IMG/VR virus record: IMGVR_UViG_3300027373_000174
Span: 1-48,251 of that record
DNA from: a virus
Lineage: Duplodnaviria > Caudoviricetes
Direction: 5' to 3' (one strand)
Length of the DNA: 48,251 nt
Shown here in pieces: positions 34,434-44,257 of the stretch. The notes below the pieces were generated by a model, which made no database searches, was not told where the DNA came from, and was given only the letters and a program-made list of their open reading frames with translations. A program made the position numbers and the translations under genes. The number at the start of each line of letters is the position of its first letter. Within the stretch, counting starts at the first letter, position 1.

Positions 34434-36961
34434 AAACACTTTCAAGCACGCTGGCAAACAGCCTCGCAAGCCCCGCGCCTAAATATTTCAAGCGGATACT
34501 GCTGATGGCGCGGACTTGGAACGGTTCGGCCTACGCGTGGTCGGCTGCGGAGGACGTTACCGCCGAGCTTAAAGAGATGTCCACGGTGCGCTGGAAGCTG
34601 GACACGGAAAGCTTCGGCGTGTGGTCGCTGTCAAACGTGACGCTTGCCTTCCGCAACGACCGCAACCAGTGGCGGCAGGGGAAGGCTGGCGGGCATTTTT
34701 CCACATCGCAAAACCGGCTGCTGTACAAGAGCCAGCTCCAGGTGCAGGCCGGGATAGTTCGCGCTGACGGCACCGAGGAACTGGAATACGTCTTTACCGG
34801 GCTGATAATAAATGACCCGGCCTACGACCCTGACGGCAAGACAGCCTCCATAACGATTGTAGGCAAGATGGCGCTGTTCGACGAGGTGTCGGCGGAGGAC
34901 ATATCCATGACGGTCACGGATGAATGCCTCGGCGGCGACAGCGGCACGGCGTTTGTCACGGCGCATACGGGCGTTGGCATAATCAAGGCGGTCAGGCGCG
35001 GGCTTACGGCTGACGGTGTCGGTGCCGCATCCACGCTGCGGGCGCAGTCGGACTATACGGTAACCGACCTTAACGATGCCGCCAAGGCGGCTACCATAAC
35101 GCTGACGGACGAACTGACATCCGGCAACAGCCTGTGGGCGAGCTATATCCGCTGGTACCAGAACAAGACAATCGAATGGGTAGTGGCGCAGCTGTGCGCG
35201 GCGGCTGGCGTGAGCGATACGGCCATAACGCCTGCGGTGTTCGAAAACAATGCCAAGAATACATTCACGCAGACGGACAAAGCCGGTTTTGATACGGGGA
35301 CGGGAGAGCATACCGTTTGGGACAGCGGCGATGTCGGGCTGAGGAACGATTTCCCGGTAGCGACTAACTTCACCTGGCAGTACATGGAGTCGCTCGCCAT
35401 CCTGTGGGATTTACGGCCCACCTTCCCGGAGTTCTACACCTCCGGCGAGCGTGTGTCAGCCGCGTCCAGCTGGCCGAACACGACCGCGCGGTGGGCATCG
35501 GCCAGAGCCGCGTCCACCAGGGCATACGGCACCTGGCAGTTCACCTGCGACGCAGGGGCGCTTTACGGCATAGGGACGGTGCCACATTACTTCCATTTCG
35601 TGTCGGACACGGGTGACAGGGCTACAACCACCGGGTATTGCCTGCTGGTTGATTTCTACAGCCCCGCTACCAATACGCTTCGTTTCACGCTGTACAGAGC
35701 CAACGCTGGGACGCTTACGCAGCTTTGGAGCACGACCTATAATGCCACGCGCCAGCCTTGGGGCAACGCCTTCGTATACCTGCGCTTCCGGCTGGCGCGC
35801 AACGGTTCGGCGTTCAGCCTGCGCGTGCTGCACGGCGCGAGCGGGCAATGGACCGACTACGGCACCATAGCGCAGGATGGCACAATTACAGTCTCGGCCT
35901 ATGTAATCGCGGCCTTCAGCTTCCCGGCCTGGACTAGCAGCTACCCTATTGGGACTTTTCAGGGTATCGGCTATGACGCGCAGGTGATGACCGGCACCGG
36001 CGACTATTACCCTTACGGCGAATATTTATCGCCCGCTATCGACGGCACGGCCTCGCTGAAGGGCTGGGGCGTGCTGACGCCGCTTGAGGACATACCGTCA
36101 GGCTGTGGCACGGGGTTTGACGTGCGCGAACGGGCATCTGAAAGTGAGCCATGGGGCGCATGGTCGCCTATTTCCAACACGGGAGCCATACCCGCTACAA
36201 AACGCTATATACAGTTGCGCTGGCGGGCGTATGCCGACGCCGGGCAGTCGGCCACGCCGCTGCTTCAGCAGTGGACAGCCACCTACTACACCAGCACCGT
36301 GACCATACCGCTGGTGAACCTTACCGGGCTAACCTGCAGGCAGGCGCTTGAGGAACTGGCGAAGATGACCGGCTACGAGATCGGCTTCAACACGGCTGAT
36401 ACCTTCCTGTTCAGGCCGCGCTCGTCCAGCATGGCGGCGGTGGAAAACTTCGACCGGGGTAATATCGTGGAGGTGTCGTCCATCGGCACCGGCATAGAGC
36501 GGCACTACAACCGCGTGAAGGTGGCATTCGGCGAATACAGCAATACTGTGGACGCGCGCACGCGGGGCGAAGCGCGCCCCGACAGCATCGATAAATACGG
36601 CGTTCGGGAGCTATCCATCAGCTCCGGCGGTTTGCTGCCCGCGACCTCGGTCGACCTTGCCTACGCCATAGCGCCCACGGTTTACGCCTATACGTCTAAA
36701 CTGCGGTTGCAGGCTAGGGTGAAGACGCGTTTCGCGCTGAACCTGGAACTGGGCGACAGGGTTACGGTGGCCTTCGATGACATGTTCCGGCTGTGGGTAT
36801 GGGGCGGCGACGCGCGGTACGGTCAAGCGGGGCTGGCCTATTACAGCGCGGCATACCTGTCGGCTAACGGGATTGATTGCTCGCTCGGCATGCGCGTGGA
36901 AGGCATAGAGTACGACCTGGATAACTGGCAGACGACTTTCGACCTGGTGGAATCGCTGTAG
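34430..36961 (+). CDS. Tail tip/hub protein with inserted beta-rich (lectin-like) domain
   Basis: C-terminal SIDKYGVREL, LELGDRV hub motifs; aromatic/Thr-rich central insertion. Confidence 0.7.
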   Translation: MKTLSSTLANSLASPAPKYFKRILLMARTWNGSAYAWSAAEDVTAELKEMSTVRWKLDTESFGVWSLSNVTLAFRNDRNQWRQGKAGGHFSTSQNRLLYKSQLQVQAGIVRADGTEELEYVFTGLIINDPAYDPDGKTASITIVGKMALFDEVSAEDISMTVTDECLGGDSGTAFVTAHTGVGIIKAVRRGLTADGVGAASTLRAQSDYTVTDLNDAAKAATITLTDELTSGNSLWASYIRWYQNKTIEWVVAQLCAAAGVSDTAITPAVFENNAKNTFTQTDKAGFDTGTGEHTVWDSGDVGLRNDFPVATNFTWQYMESLAILWDLRPTFPEFYTSGERVSAASSWPNTTARWASARAASTRAYGTWQFTCDAGALYGIGTVPHYFHFVSDTGDRATTTGYCLLVDFYSPATNTLRFTLYRANAGTLTQLWSTTYNATRQPWGNAFVYLRFRLARNGSAFSLRVLHGASGQWTDYGTIAQDGTITVSAYVIAAFSFPAWTSSYPIGTFQGIGYDAQVMTGTGDYYPYGEYLSPAIDGTASLKGWGVLTPLEDIPSGCGTGFDVRERASESEPWGAWSPISNTGAIPATKRYIQLRWRAYADAGQSATPLLQQWTATYYTSTVTIPLVNLTGLTCRQALEELAKMTGYEIGFNTADTFLFRPRSSSMAAVENFDRGNIVEVSSIGTGIERHYNRVKVAFGEYSNTVDARTRGEARPDSIDKYGVRELSISSGGLLPATSVDLAYAIAPTVYAYTSKLRLQARVKTRFALNLELGDRVTVAFDDMFRLWVWGGDARYGQAGLAYYSAAYLSANGIDCSLGMRVEGIEYDLDNWQTTFDLVESL

Positions 36962-36971
36962 AAGAGGGCTT

Positions 36972-37211
36972 ATGGGATTACCGAACAACATACAAAACGG
37001 CGACGTGCCTGACGCCGACAAGCTGATGGCCAACTTCAATTACCTCGACAGCAAGAGCGGCGTGCGCGTGGATACCTTCGACAACTTGGTTGCCAGCGCG
37101 GCCTCGGCACCGGCCCGAACGTTCCTGTGCTACGCGTCGGACCTGGCGCAATTGTTCTTCTACACCGGCGATACAAGCGTCGGTAATGGCGGTTTCAAGC
37201 TGATAGCTTAG
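36972..37211 (+). CDS. Small tail-associated protein
   Basis: LPNNIQNG..DADKLMANFNYL resembles fibre N-terminal anchor segments. Confidence 0.6.
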   Translation: MGLPNNIQNGDVPDADKLMANFNYLDSKSGVRVDTFDNLVASAASAPARTFLCYASDLAQLFFYTGDTSVGNGGFKLIA

Positions 37212-37220
37212 GAGGCTTCA

Positions 37221-40079
37221 ATGAAAAAGATACTTGCCGTAGTCCTGCTGATGCTGTACCCCGCGCGCATATACGCCGCGTCGCCCTATTACGACCTTTC
37301 CATGTCGACAGCGATGGGGAAGGCTACCATGCGGCTGTCCGGCCCGATAAGGCTGTCAGCCAACGCGTCTTCGTATGCCTCGCCCGGCATGCAGCTGGCG
37401 GCTGACGCGAACGACGCCTATATCGATTATGGCGGTATTCTGGGACGGCTGTTTTTCCGCTCTGGCATAGAGGGCCCCTCGCGCGTCACGTTTGATCCCT
37501 TGGGAAACATATCCGCCACGGCTTATTATGGCGACGGCTCGCACCTGACCGGCCTCGGGTCAGTGATTACGGGCAATATAACAGCGTCCTCGAACACCTT
37601 TACGGGCATAAACACCTTCCGTAATATCGGCGCGGGCTATTCGCCGCACCCGGATGCGCCCGTCAGCGTGTTCAACACCTATGTTTCAACGTATACCTCC
37701 GGCATAGCCAATGCCGTGGTTGGCGTGCTGTCAGCCGCCGAAAGTTACATCCACCCGGCGTTTGGCCTGTTCGGCCTTGCCAACAACGTATCCGACAACA
37801 GCGCGGGCGACCTTTACGGCGTCTATGGGAAAACGCGCAAGACCGGCGTCGGCGGCGGGATAACGCACGCCTATGGCACCTATGGCGATTCTTCGGAGAA
37901 CAATACCCACAATTACGGGGCCTATGGACATGCGGGCAGCCCTTACGGTTCGGGCAACAACTACGGTGTGTATGGCGTGGCGGACGGCGCTAGCGGCCTG
38001 AAGAACAATTACGGCGTGTACGGCAAAGCGCTGAACGGGTTCAACAACTACGCGGGCTACTTCGAGGGGAACACCTACGTCAGCGGTGAGCTTGGCGTGG
38101 GCTCCAACGACCTGCTGGTAAGCGGCGGCAAGGTCGGCATAGGTACGGTGGCGATGGTTTCAAAGCTGAACGTCGCGGGAACCATACGCTCGACCGAGGG
38201 CGGCTTCGTGTTCCCCGACGGCACCACGCAGGCCAGCGCCGGGATAAGCGCAGGCGCAGACCTGACCTTCACCGGCAACGACTATTTCACCAACTACGTC
38301 ACGTTGGCGAAAAATGGGAACTATACCGTCAATATCGGCACGGCGGGGTATACGGGCTACGCTGGCGACGGGACCACGGACGTATACCTTAACGGCAACC
38401 TGAACTTCATGAGCGCGCAGCCGCTTATAACGGCATGGAACAACGCCAATATCCGGCTCGGCAGCTCGCTGGAGACAACCGACGGATACTTGGGCCTTGG
38501 GCCGCAGTGGAACGGCATCCACGTGTTCAGCCCGCGCAAGCTTACCGTGGACGGTACCGCTACGCTCGGGACGGTCGAGGCCAGTACCATCGCGGTAGCG
38601 AACACGCTGACCGGCTCAACGGCAACATTCACGGGCACGCTTACGGCAGGCACCATATACGGCAACCTGCCCGGCTATGTGCCCTATACGGGCGCTACCG
38701 GCACGGTAAACCTTAACGATAACGATATCTACGTCGGCAACCTGCATAACCACGGGCATATCTATGTCACGCGCGCCTTCGGGCCCACGTTGTTCCTGAA
38801 TTCGGAACGTACTGGGCTCGATAGCTGGATGGGTATAGACTTCACTTCGGCTGGCAATAACAACCATTCCATCTACAGCTTCCAGCAGAGCAACCCGTAC
38901 AACCCGTCGCGGCTGACCTTCCTCGGCAGGCAGGACGCGGCCAGCTTCCTGTTCTGTGGCGGCAATTGCGGCGTACAGAACCCCACGCCGGGGCTGGTTA
39001 TAACCTCCGGCAACAAGGTCGGCATAGGGACAGCCAACCCGTCAATGGCGCTGGACGTTATCGGCATCATCAAAAGCAGCGGCAGCACCAATTCGCTGAT
39101 GTTCGGCGACCGAGTCAATTCAGCAAATAGCTGGGAATGGTACTCATCGGATGGCACGGCTGGGCTCTATAAAAACCACAACACGGCGGGGACGGTGTTA
39201 TCCATATCGCCCAGCGGCAGGCTTGGCGTCGGGATAGCCACACCGGCAAGCGTATTGCATGTTCAAGGCAGCGATGGGCGACAACTGACGCTGCGTAGTT
39301 CGAACGGATACCAGACCGGCATGCAGTTCCTTGATTCCGGCGGGAGCGTCATCGCCAACATAGACGCGGGGACGACAAGCAACGTGGGGCTTCGTTTCGA
39401 CAGCGGGAAGTTTTCATTCGTGACCGGGCAGGTCGGCATAGGGACAACGGCACCCGCGCATCTTCTGGATGTATATGGCTCTGGAGCCGCTGTTCGCGTG
39501 AATGGGAATGCCAGCGCCTCGCATATGTACATGGCAAAGTCCGGCACCAATTACGCCCAGTTCGCGGTGGACGGAACGGACACATATTTGGACTACGGCG
39601 GTTCGACGGGACGCTTATTATTCCGCGCTGGCGTCGAAGGGACTATCAAGGCCGTCATGGGCACGGGTGGTGAGCTTACATCCGCATCGCTTGCCGGAAC
39701 GGGCAATCGCGCGGTATATAGCGATTCCACCGGACAGCTGACCAATTCATCGTCGGATGCCCGGCTAAAGAAAGATGTCGTTTCGCTTTCGACCGCCACG
39801 GCACTCGGGCAGACGCTTCAGTTGAGGCCGGTCGCTTTCCACTGGGACACTTCGCTAAAGCGCGCGGAAAGCCTTGGCAACCAGCAGGAACTCGGCCTCA
39901 TCGCGCAGGAGGTAGAGGGCATAGTCCCGCAGGTGGTTGGAGAGAACGCCGACGGCTACAAATCGCTGGACTACGCCAAGCTGGTGCCCGTCCTTATCGG
40001 CGCGGTACAGGCGCAGCAAGCGATGATTGACGGACTGAAGGCACGGATAGCGGCGCTTGACGCTGCGGGAGGCAATTGA
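37221..40079 (+). CDS. Trimeric fibre with C-terminal peptidase S74 intramolecular chaperone and N-terminal signal-peptide-like sequence
   Basis: VGIGT and GVYG repeats; SSDARLKKD, LRPV.F.W, GLIAQEVE, LDYAKL; N-terminus MKKILAVVLLMLYPARIYA. Confidence 0.85.
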   Translation: MKKILAVVLLMLYPARIYAASPYYDLSMSTAMGKATMRLSGPIRLSANASSYASPGMQLAADANDAYIDYGGILGRLFFRSGIEGPSRVTFDPLGNISATAYYGDGSHLTGLGSVITGNITASSNTFTGINTFRNIGAGYSPHPDAPVSVFNTYVSTYTSGIANAVVGVLSAAESYIHPAFGLFGLANNVSDNSAGDLYGVYGKTRKTGVGGGITHAYGTYGDSSENNTHNYGAYGHAGSPYGSGNNYGVYGVADGASGLKNNYGVYGKALNGFNNYAGYFEGNTYVSGELGVGSNDLLVSGGKVGIGTVAMVSKLNVAGTIRSTEGGFVFPDGTTQASAGISAGADLTFTGNDYFTNYVTLAKNGNYTVNIGTAGYTGYAGDGTTDVYLNGNLNFMSAQPLITAWNNANIRLGSSLETTDGYLGLGPQWNGIHVFSPRKLTVDGTATLGTVEASTIAVANTLTGSTATFTGTLTAGTIYGNLPGYVPYTGATGTVNLNDNDIYVGNLHNHGHIYVTRAFGPTLFLNSERTGLDSWMGIDFTSAGNNNHSIYSFQQSNPYNPSRLTFLGRQDAASFLFCGGNCGVQNPTPGLVITSGNKVGIGTANPSMALDVIGIIKSSGSTNSLMFGDRVNSANSWEWYSSDGTAGLYKNHNTAGTVLSISPSGRLGVGIATPASVLHVQGSDGRQLTLRSSNGYQTGMQFLDSGGSVIANIDAGTTSNVGLRFDSGKFSFVTGQVGIGTTAPAHLLDVYGSGAAVRVNGNASASHMYMAKSGTNYAQFAVDGTDTYLDYGGSTGRLLFRAGVEGTIKAVMGTGGELTSASLAGTGNRAVYSDSTGQLTNSSSDARLKKDVVSLSTATALGQTLQLRPVAFHWDTSLKRAESLGNQQELGLIAQEVEGIVPQVVGENADGYKSLDYAKLVPVLIGAVQAQQAMIDGLKARIAALDAAGGN

Positions 40080-40081
40080 CC

Positions 40082-40342
40082 ATGGGCAAGATAGACGAGA
40101 TATTGGAGCGCCTCGCGCGCATAGAGGCCAAGCAGGACACGCACCTCGCGGCTTACGCGACCGACAAGGCTGGCAGCGACGGGCGCATAGCCAAGCTGGA
40201 GCATACGGTAAACGGCAACGGGCAGGTCGGCCTTGCCGAGGAGATGCGCAACATGAAAATGCGCATTTCATGGATAGTGGGCGGCATAACGCTGGCAGCT
40301 AACGCGGCGTTCCAGCTAGCCCTCAAGTGGGGTGGTAAATGA
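40082..40342 (+). CDS. Putative holin/antiholin (coiled coil + single C-terminal TM)
   Basis: ERLARIEAK, C-terminal hydrophobic helix, immediately before the endolysin. Confidence 0.6.
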   Translation: MGKIDEILERLARIEAKQDTHLAAYATDKAGSDGRIAKLEHTVNGNGQVGLAEEMRNMKMRISWIVGGITLAANAAFQLALKWGGK

Positions 40343-40779
40343 ACGACTTCAACCTGACGGAGCATTTCACGTTCCTGGAACTGACCAAGACCGATAAAGC
40401 AGAGTTCCAAGAGCTGAACCGCCGCAAGGCGCTGTGCTACACCGGCAGCCTGACCGAGCTATGCCGCACGGTGCTGGAGCCGATACGCCTGCACTATGGC
40501 AAGCAGGTCATCGTGCATTCGGGGTTCCGCTGTTACGAACTGAATAAGGCTTTAAGCGGCAACCCCGCCAGCCAGCACATGATTGGCGAGGCGGCGGACT
40601 TCCACGTTGAGGGCGTGGCGCTTGAGGAGGCCTTTAACTGGCTGTGGAAAGAGTCAGGCATTCCGTTCGGGCAGCTTATAGACGAGCGTCGTGGTGGTGA
40701 CCGTTGGTTGCACACCAGCACTGGTGGCAAGCGGGAGGTTCTTGCCTTCCAGAACGGGGCATATGCACGGCTGGCTTGA
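40339..40779 (+). CDS. Endolysin, peptidase M15A family
   Basis: HFTFLEL, LEPIR, SGFRC..LN, SQHMIGEAADF, WLH. Confidence 0.9.
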   Translation: MNDFNLTEHFTFLELTKTDKAEFQELNRRKALCYTGSLTELCRTVLEPIRLHYGKQVIVHSGFRCYELNKALSGNPASQHMIGEAADFHVEGVALEEAFNWLWKESGIPFGQLIDERRGGDRWLHTSTGGKREVLAFQNGAYARLA

Positions 40780-40874
40780 GAATCTTCTGTCGCTGGTGAT
40801 AGGCAGGACAGGCGACAAGAAATGGCATATCGGCGTAAGCCTTGATTTGCCGTTATTCAAAAACTGGAGGAACC

Positions 40875-41192
40875 ATGGACTACGAAAAGAAGGCGGAGGA
40901 ACTGGTGGCGAAGCTGGACGAAGTGAAGGGCAAAATACAGGGTGTGGGCAGCATCAAGGCCGCGCTTGATATCGTGCCCGACGTGGTGTCGCTGGTGGAG
41001 GCCGAGGCAGCCGACCTCGCCGGGGCGGACAAGAAGAAGCTGGCCGTCGCCGTGCTGAACAAGCTGATCGATATCCCGTTCATCCCGGAGTCGGTCGAGG
41101 CCATTATCATCGGCTGGGCCATCGACGCGGCAGTCGCGGCCCTGAACAGGCTAGTGGGCAAGGACTGGCTGGCGAAGCTGCAGCTCGCGTGA
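40875..41192 (+). CDS. Holin-like lysis-cassette protein
   Basis: GGAGG RBS; GADKKKLAV...IDAAVAALN pattern seen in phage holin-like proteins. Confidence 0.55.
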   Translation: MDYEKKAEELVAKLDEVKGKIQGVGSIKAALDIVPDVVSLVEAEAADLAGADKKKLAVAVLNKLIDIPFIPESVEAIIIGWAIDAAVAALNRLVGKDWLAKLQLA

Positions 41193-41202
41193 GCGTGAAA
41201 AT

Positions 41203-41242
41203 GCCCGCCTTGTCTTCGATATTTTACGGAGGCAGGGCGGGC
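41203..41242. terminator. Hairpin ending the late operon
   Basis: GCCCGCCTTGTCTTCG-8 nt-CGGAGGCAGGGCGGGC; no plus-strand U tract. Confidence 0.55.
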
Positions 41243-41386
41243 TAAAAATAAAGGGTTTCCGGCATGAAGTCAAGGGCTGTTTTTCAGACGGCAAAATGGC
41301 CTCCAGAATGGACTGGATTAATCGTTGAAGTCATTGTATGTTCATGATGACGGCAGACACAACCCAGACGGAAAACGGAGGCAAAT

Positions 41387-41620
41387 ATGAAGGCACTAAA
41401 GACGGGCAAATACCAGCTAAGGGCAGTATCGGTGGCATGCGCGGGAACAAGGTTTCGCAGCACGCTACGCAAGGAACTGGGCAGGTTCGAAACGCTGAAA
41501 GCGGCGAAAGCCGAAGCCAGCAAGCAGGCCGCGAGGCCGGAAGTAAAGCGCGCCATCGCGCCGATACACTTCGAGATACGCCACGACGGGAAAGTCGTGG
41601 CGAGGGTGGAAGCGATATGA
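41387..41620 (+). CDS. Hypothetical phage protein
   Basis: GGAGG RBS; ATGA overlap with the next gene. Confidence 0.7.
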   Translation: MKALKTGKYQLRAVSVACAGTRFRSTLRKELGRFETLKAAKAEASKQAARPEVKRAIAPIHFEIRHDGKVVARVEAI

Positions 41621-41934
41621 AAACCAAGCTGACGATGGACCTGGAAGTAAAGATGGGCAATGCAAGCACAACCGGCACCGGCTGCGTAGGCTACTTGCCG
41701 AAAGGCGCCACCTACAAGACGCTGGTGAAAGTATTCGGCAAGCCGCAACGCCTTGGCCTGTCGGAGGATGGCAAGACTGAAGCCGAGTGGACCGGCAGGA
41801 TAAACGGCCTGGACTTCACCATCTACGATTACAAATCCGGCCTAGCCGCCAAGGCCAACACCGATTGGCACATCGGCGGCAAGGTCCATGTGGTCGCTGA
41901 ACTGGTCAACGCCTTCTTCAAGGCGGCAACGTAG
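41617..41934 (+). CDS. Conserved-looking hypothetical phage protein
   Basis: TYKTLVKVFGKP..DGKTEAEW..FTIYDYK..WHIGG. Confidence 0.7.
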   Translation: MKTKLTMDLEVKMGNASTTGTGCVGYLPKGATYKTLVKVFGKPQRLGLSEDGKTEAEWTGRINGLDFTIYDYKSGLAAKANTDWHIGGKVHVVAELVNAFFKAAT

Positions 41935-41998
41935 CATGGTTTAGAAGCTGTATTGTGGCAGGGGTTTAAGGTAAAATATCAATTAGAGAGGAACGGAT

Positions 41999-42211
41999 AT
42001 GAAAAGGTTCAAGATATATAATGTGCGCGACCATAAGGTAATGGCATGGGCTGCTACTGCGGAAGAGCTTAAGGCCGCTTTGGCCGAATATCCTATATCC
42101 GGGTGGTACGAGGCAATCGACACCACTAACAACCATCGAGTTGGAATCGTTGAAGGAAAAGTTTATGACCGCGACACAGAGACATTCCCAACAATACTTT
42201 CAAATTGTTAA
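41999..42211 (+). CDS. Hypothetical protein
   Basis: GAGG RBS; lower GC. Confidence 0.55.
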   Translation: MKRFKIYNVRDHKVMAWAATAEELKAALAEYPISGWYEAIDTTNNHRVGIVEGKVYDRDTETFPTILSNC

Positions 42212-42339
42212 GCATGCAGATGAGTGGAATCCGCCGACTATGAGTGTAGGCCTCTATTAGTGATTTCGCCAGATGCCAACTATCTCACAAGTTTTGCAGC
42301 GATATGACCAATATTTTTTGGGCAATATACGTGCCTGTA

Positions 42340-42575
42340 AATCATGTCAGCAGGTGGGGGCATCCGTTGTCACCAGAGCCAAAAACAACCTCGTTTACGT
42401 GATACCCGGACAGCAGCTCAATAACCTGCCCAAGGGAATTATTCCGGATGCCGTAATACGACTTAATAGGCATAGAGGTTGTCAAGATCTTTCCCGACAA
42501 GCTGAGACTGGTTCACTATCACGATGAGGAAATGTGCCGGTTCATTGAGTTCCTTACCAGCAACTTCACGTGCAA
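42340..42575 (+). pseudogene. Degraded IS4-family transposase fragment
   Basis: VTRAKNNLVY...GIIPDAVIRL, then frameshifted to FPDKLRLVHYHDEEMCRFIEFLTSNF. Confidence 0.65.
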
Positions 42576-42732
42576 TATTTTTATGCTATTATAATGATAG
42601 CGGTATTTCAGCACGCAATGAGGATAAGGTCATAACTAAAAAATCTCCCGCAATTCGGTTCAAATTGCTGGTCAATCTGGTCGTCTGGGAGCCGAAGTGC
42701 GATGTGTTACTTAACCAAGGCAAGAACATACT

Positions 42733-43860
42733 ATGCCGAAAACTCCCTATAAATTGATAGATCTATTTTGTGGCGCTGGTGGAATGACTCTTGGTTTTAC
42801 TAAATCTTTCGGGCACCACTTTAAGCCCATATGGGCCAATGACTACAATAAATATTGCATTGATACATATAATTACAATTTTGGCGAACATGGAGTATTC
42901 GGTGACATTGTAGACATTCTTCATAATCGGTCTATAAAAATTCCTGAAGCAGATATAGTGATTGGCGGACCTCCTTGTCAGGGGTTCAGCTTGTTGAATA
43001 AAAACCGCATTAATGACCCGCGACGCCAACTCTGGCGTCACTATCTTGAAGTCGTCCGCAGAGTTAATGCAAAGATTTTTGTGATTGAAAATGTTCCCCA
43101 ACTTTTAGGGTCTGATGAGAATCGACAAATTATAGATACAGCAATGAGTCTTGGATTTACCAAGATATGGCAAGGAAAACTTTGCGCAGCCGACTATGGC
43201 GTACCACAGGTCCGCTGGCGTGCCTTTATCATTGGCTCAAAATTAGCAGATCCAGCACAGGTGTTCCCACCTAAGAAAAGCAATTATAACCCGCGAGATA
43301 GTCGGAAGTTAGACAAAGAGGGCTTTGTGAGAAACCCTGAAAATTGGCGAACGGTACGGGACGCAATAATGGACTTGCCCGCACCGATAGGAACAGACAT
43401 TCGGGATATTCTTCCCCCGCTAAATCTGCATTTTGGGCGAAATCCCACTCATACCAGTCTAAAAAGATATAAGGCAATTCCCAAAGAGGGGATGAATCGC
43501 TTTGATCTACAACGTCTTGCTCCCGAACTAACACCTACTTGCTGGATACGCAAAAAAAGTGGGGGAACAGACCTTTTCGGCAGATTATGGTGGGATCGAC
43601 CAGCATTAACCATAAGAACCGAATTTTTTAAACCGGAAAAAGGCCGCTATTTGCATCCTAGCCAACACCGTCCAATAACACATCGCGAAGCGGCCAGACT
43701 TCAGACTTTCCCTGATAATTTCATCTTTAAAGGGACAAAAACTGAAATAGCCAAGCAAATTGGAAATGCTGTCCCACCGGTATTTGCTACCAAAATTGCA
43801 AATTGCATTTATGCGATGCTTTCTGGAAGTAGAACAACAAAAGATGGATGTGTTCTCTAA
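42733..43860 (+). CDS. dcm: C5-cytosine DNA methyltransferase
   Basis: DLFCGAGG, GGPPCQGFS, ENV, YGVPQ.R.R, REAARLQTFP, QIGNAVP. Confidence 0.97.
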   Translation: MPKTPYKLIDLFCGAGGMTLGFTKSFGHHFKPIWANDYNKYCIDTYNYNFGEHGVFGDIVDILHNRSIKIPEADIVIGGPPCQGFSLLNKNRINDPRRQLWRHYLEVVRRVNAKIFVIENVPQLLGSDENRQIIDTAMSLGFTKIWQGKLCAADYGVPQVRWRAFIIGSKLADPAQVFPPKKSNYNPRDSRKLDKEGFVRNPENWRTVRDAIMDLPAPIGTDIRDILPPLNLHFGRNPTHTSLKRYKAIPKEGMNRFDLQRLAPELTPTCWIRKKSGGTDLFGRLWWDRPALTIRTEFFKPEKGRYLHPSQHRPITHREAARLQTFPDNFIFKGTKTEIAKQIGNAVPPVFATKIANCIYAMLSGSRTTKDGCVL

Positions 43861-44257
43861 AAATAAAAGAAGTTGGATTATGTCGCGCATAAAAGGACGC
43901 GACACAAAGCCTGAACTTGAGATACGGTCGTTGGTACACAAGATGGGGTTTCGTTTTCGTTTAGCTGACCGGACTCTTCCTGGAAATCCGGATTTGCGGT
44001 TACCCCGCTTGAAAAAGGTTATTTTTGTCCATGGTTGTTTTTGGCACGGACACAAAAATTGTAGCCGCGCCAAGTTGCCTTTATCAAACGTGCAGTTCTG
44101 GGAAGAAAAAATTGAAAAAAACAAACAAAGGGATCACCAGAATATTATAGTCTTAAAAAAATTAGGTTGGCAATCACTTCTTATATGGCAATGTGAATTA
44201 AAAAATCATTTAAAGGTTAAATCAAAGATAGAGAAGTTTTTACAGGGGGCAGCATGA
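43844..44257 (+). CDS. vsr: Very short patch repair endonuclease
   Basis: MDVFS..RSWIMSRIKGRDTKPE, LPGNPD, FVHGCFWHGH. Confidence 0.97.
   Translation: MDVFSKNKRSWIMSRIKGRDTKPELEIRSLVHKMGFRFRLADRTLPGNPDLRLPRLKKVIFVHGCFWHGHKNCSRAKLPLSNVQFWEEKIEKNKQRDHQNIIVLKKLGWQSLLIWQCELKNHLKVKSKIEKFLQGAA

Noticed and set aside
40691-40969. Spanin or extra lysis gene overlapping the endolysin
   Set aside because: No lipobox or clear TM helix and it overlaps two better genes; a short ORF from ~40763 cannot be fully excluded.
14300-41200. Many long antisense and alternate-frame ORFs (e.g. 17144-18364, 23041-23820, 24415-25203, 30636-31433)
   Set aside because: Shadow ORFs of GC3-rich phage genes, with no motifs or RBS.
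37221-42700. Diversity-generating retroelement or invertible fibre cassette
   Set aside because: No reverse transcriptase or invertase, and no adenine-specific TR/VR pair; the fibre repeats diverge at all bases.
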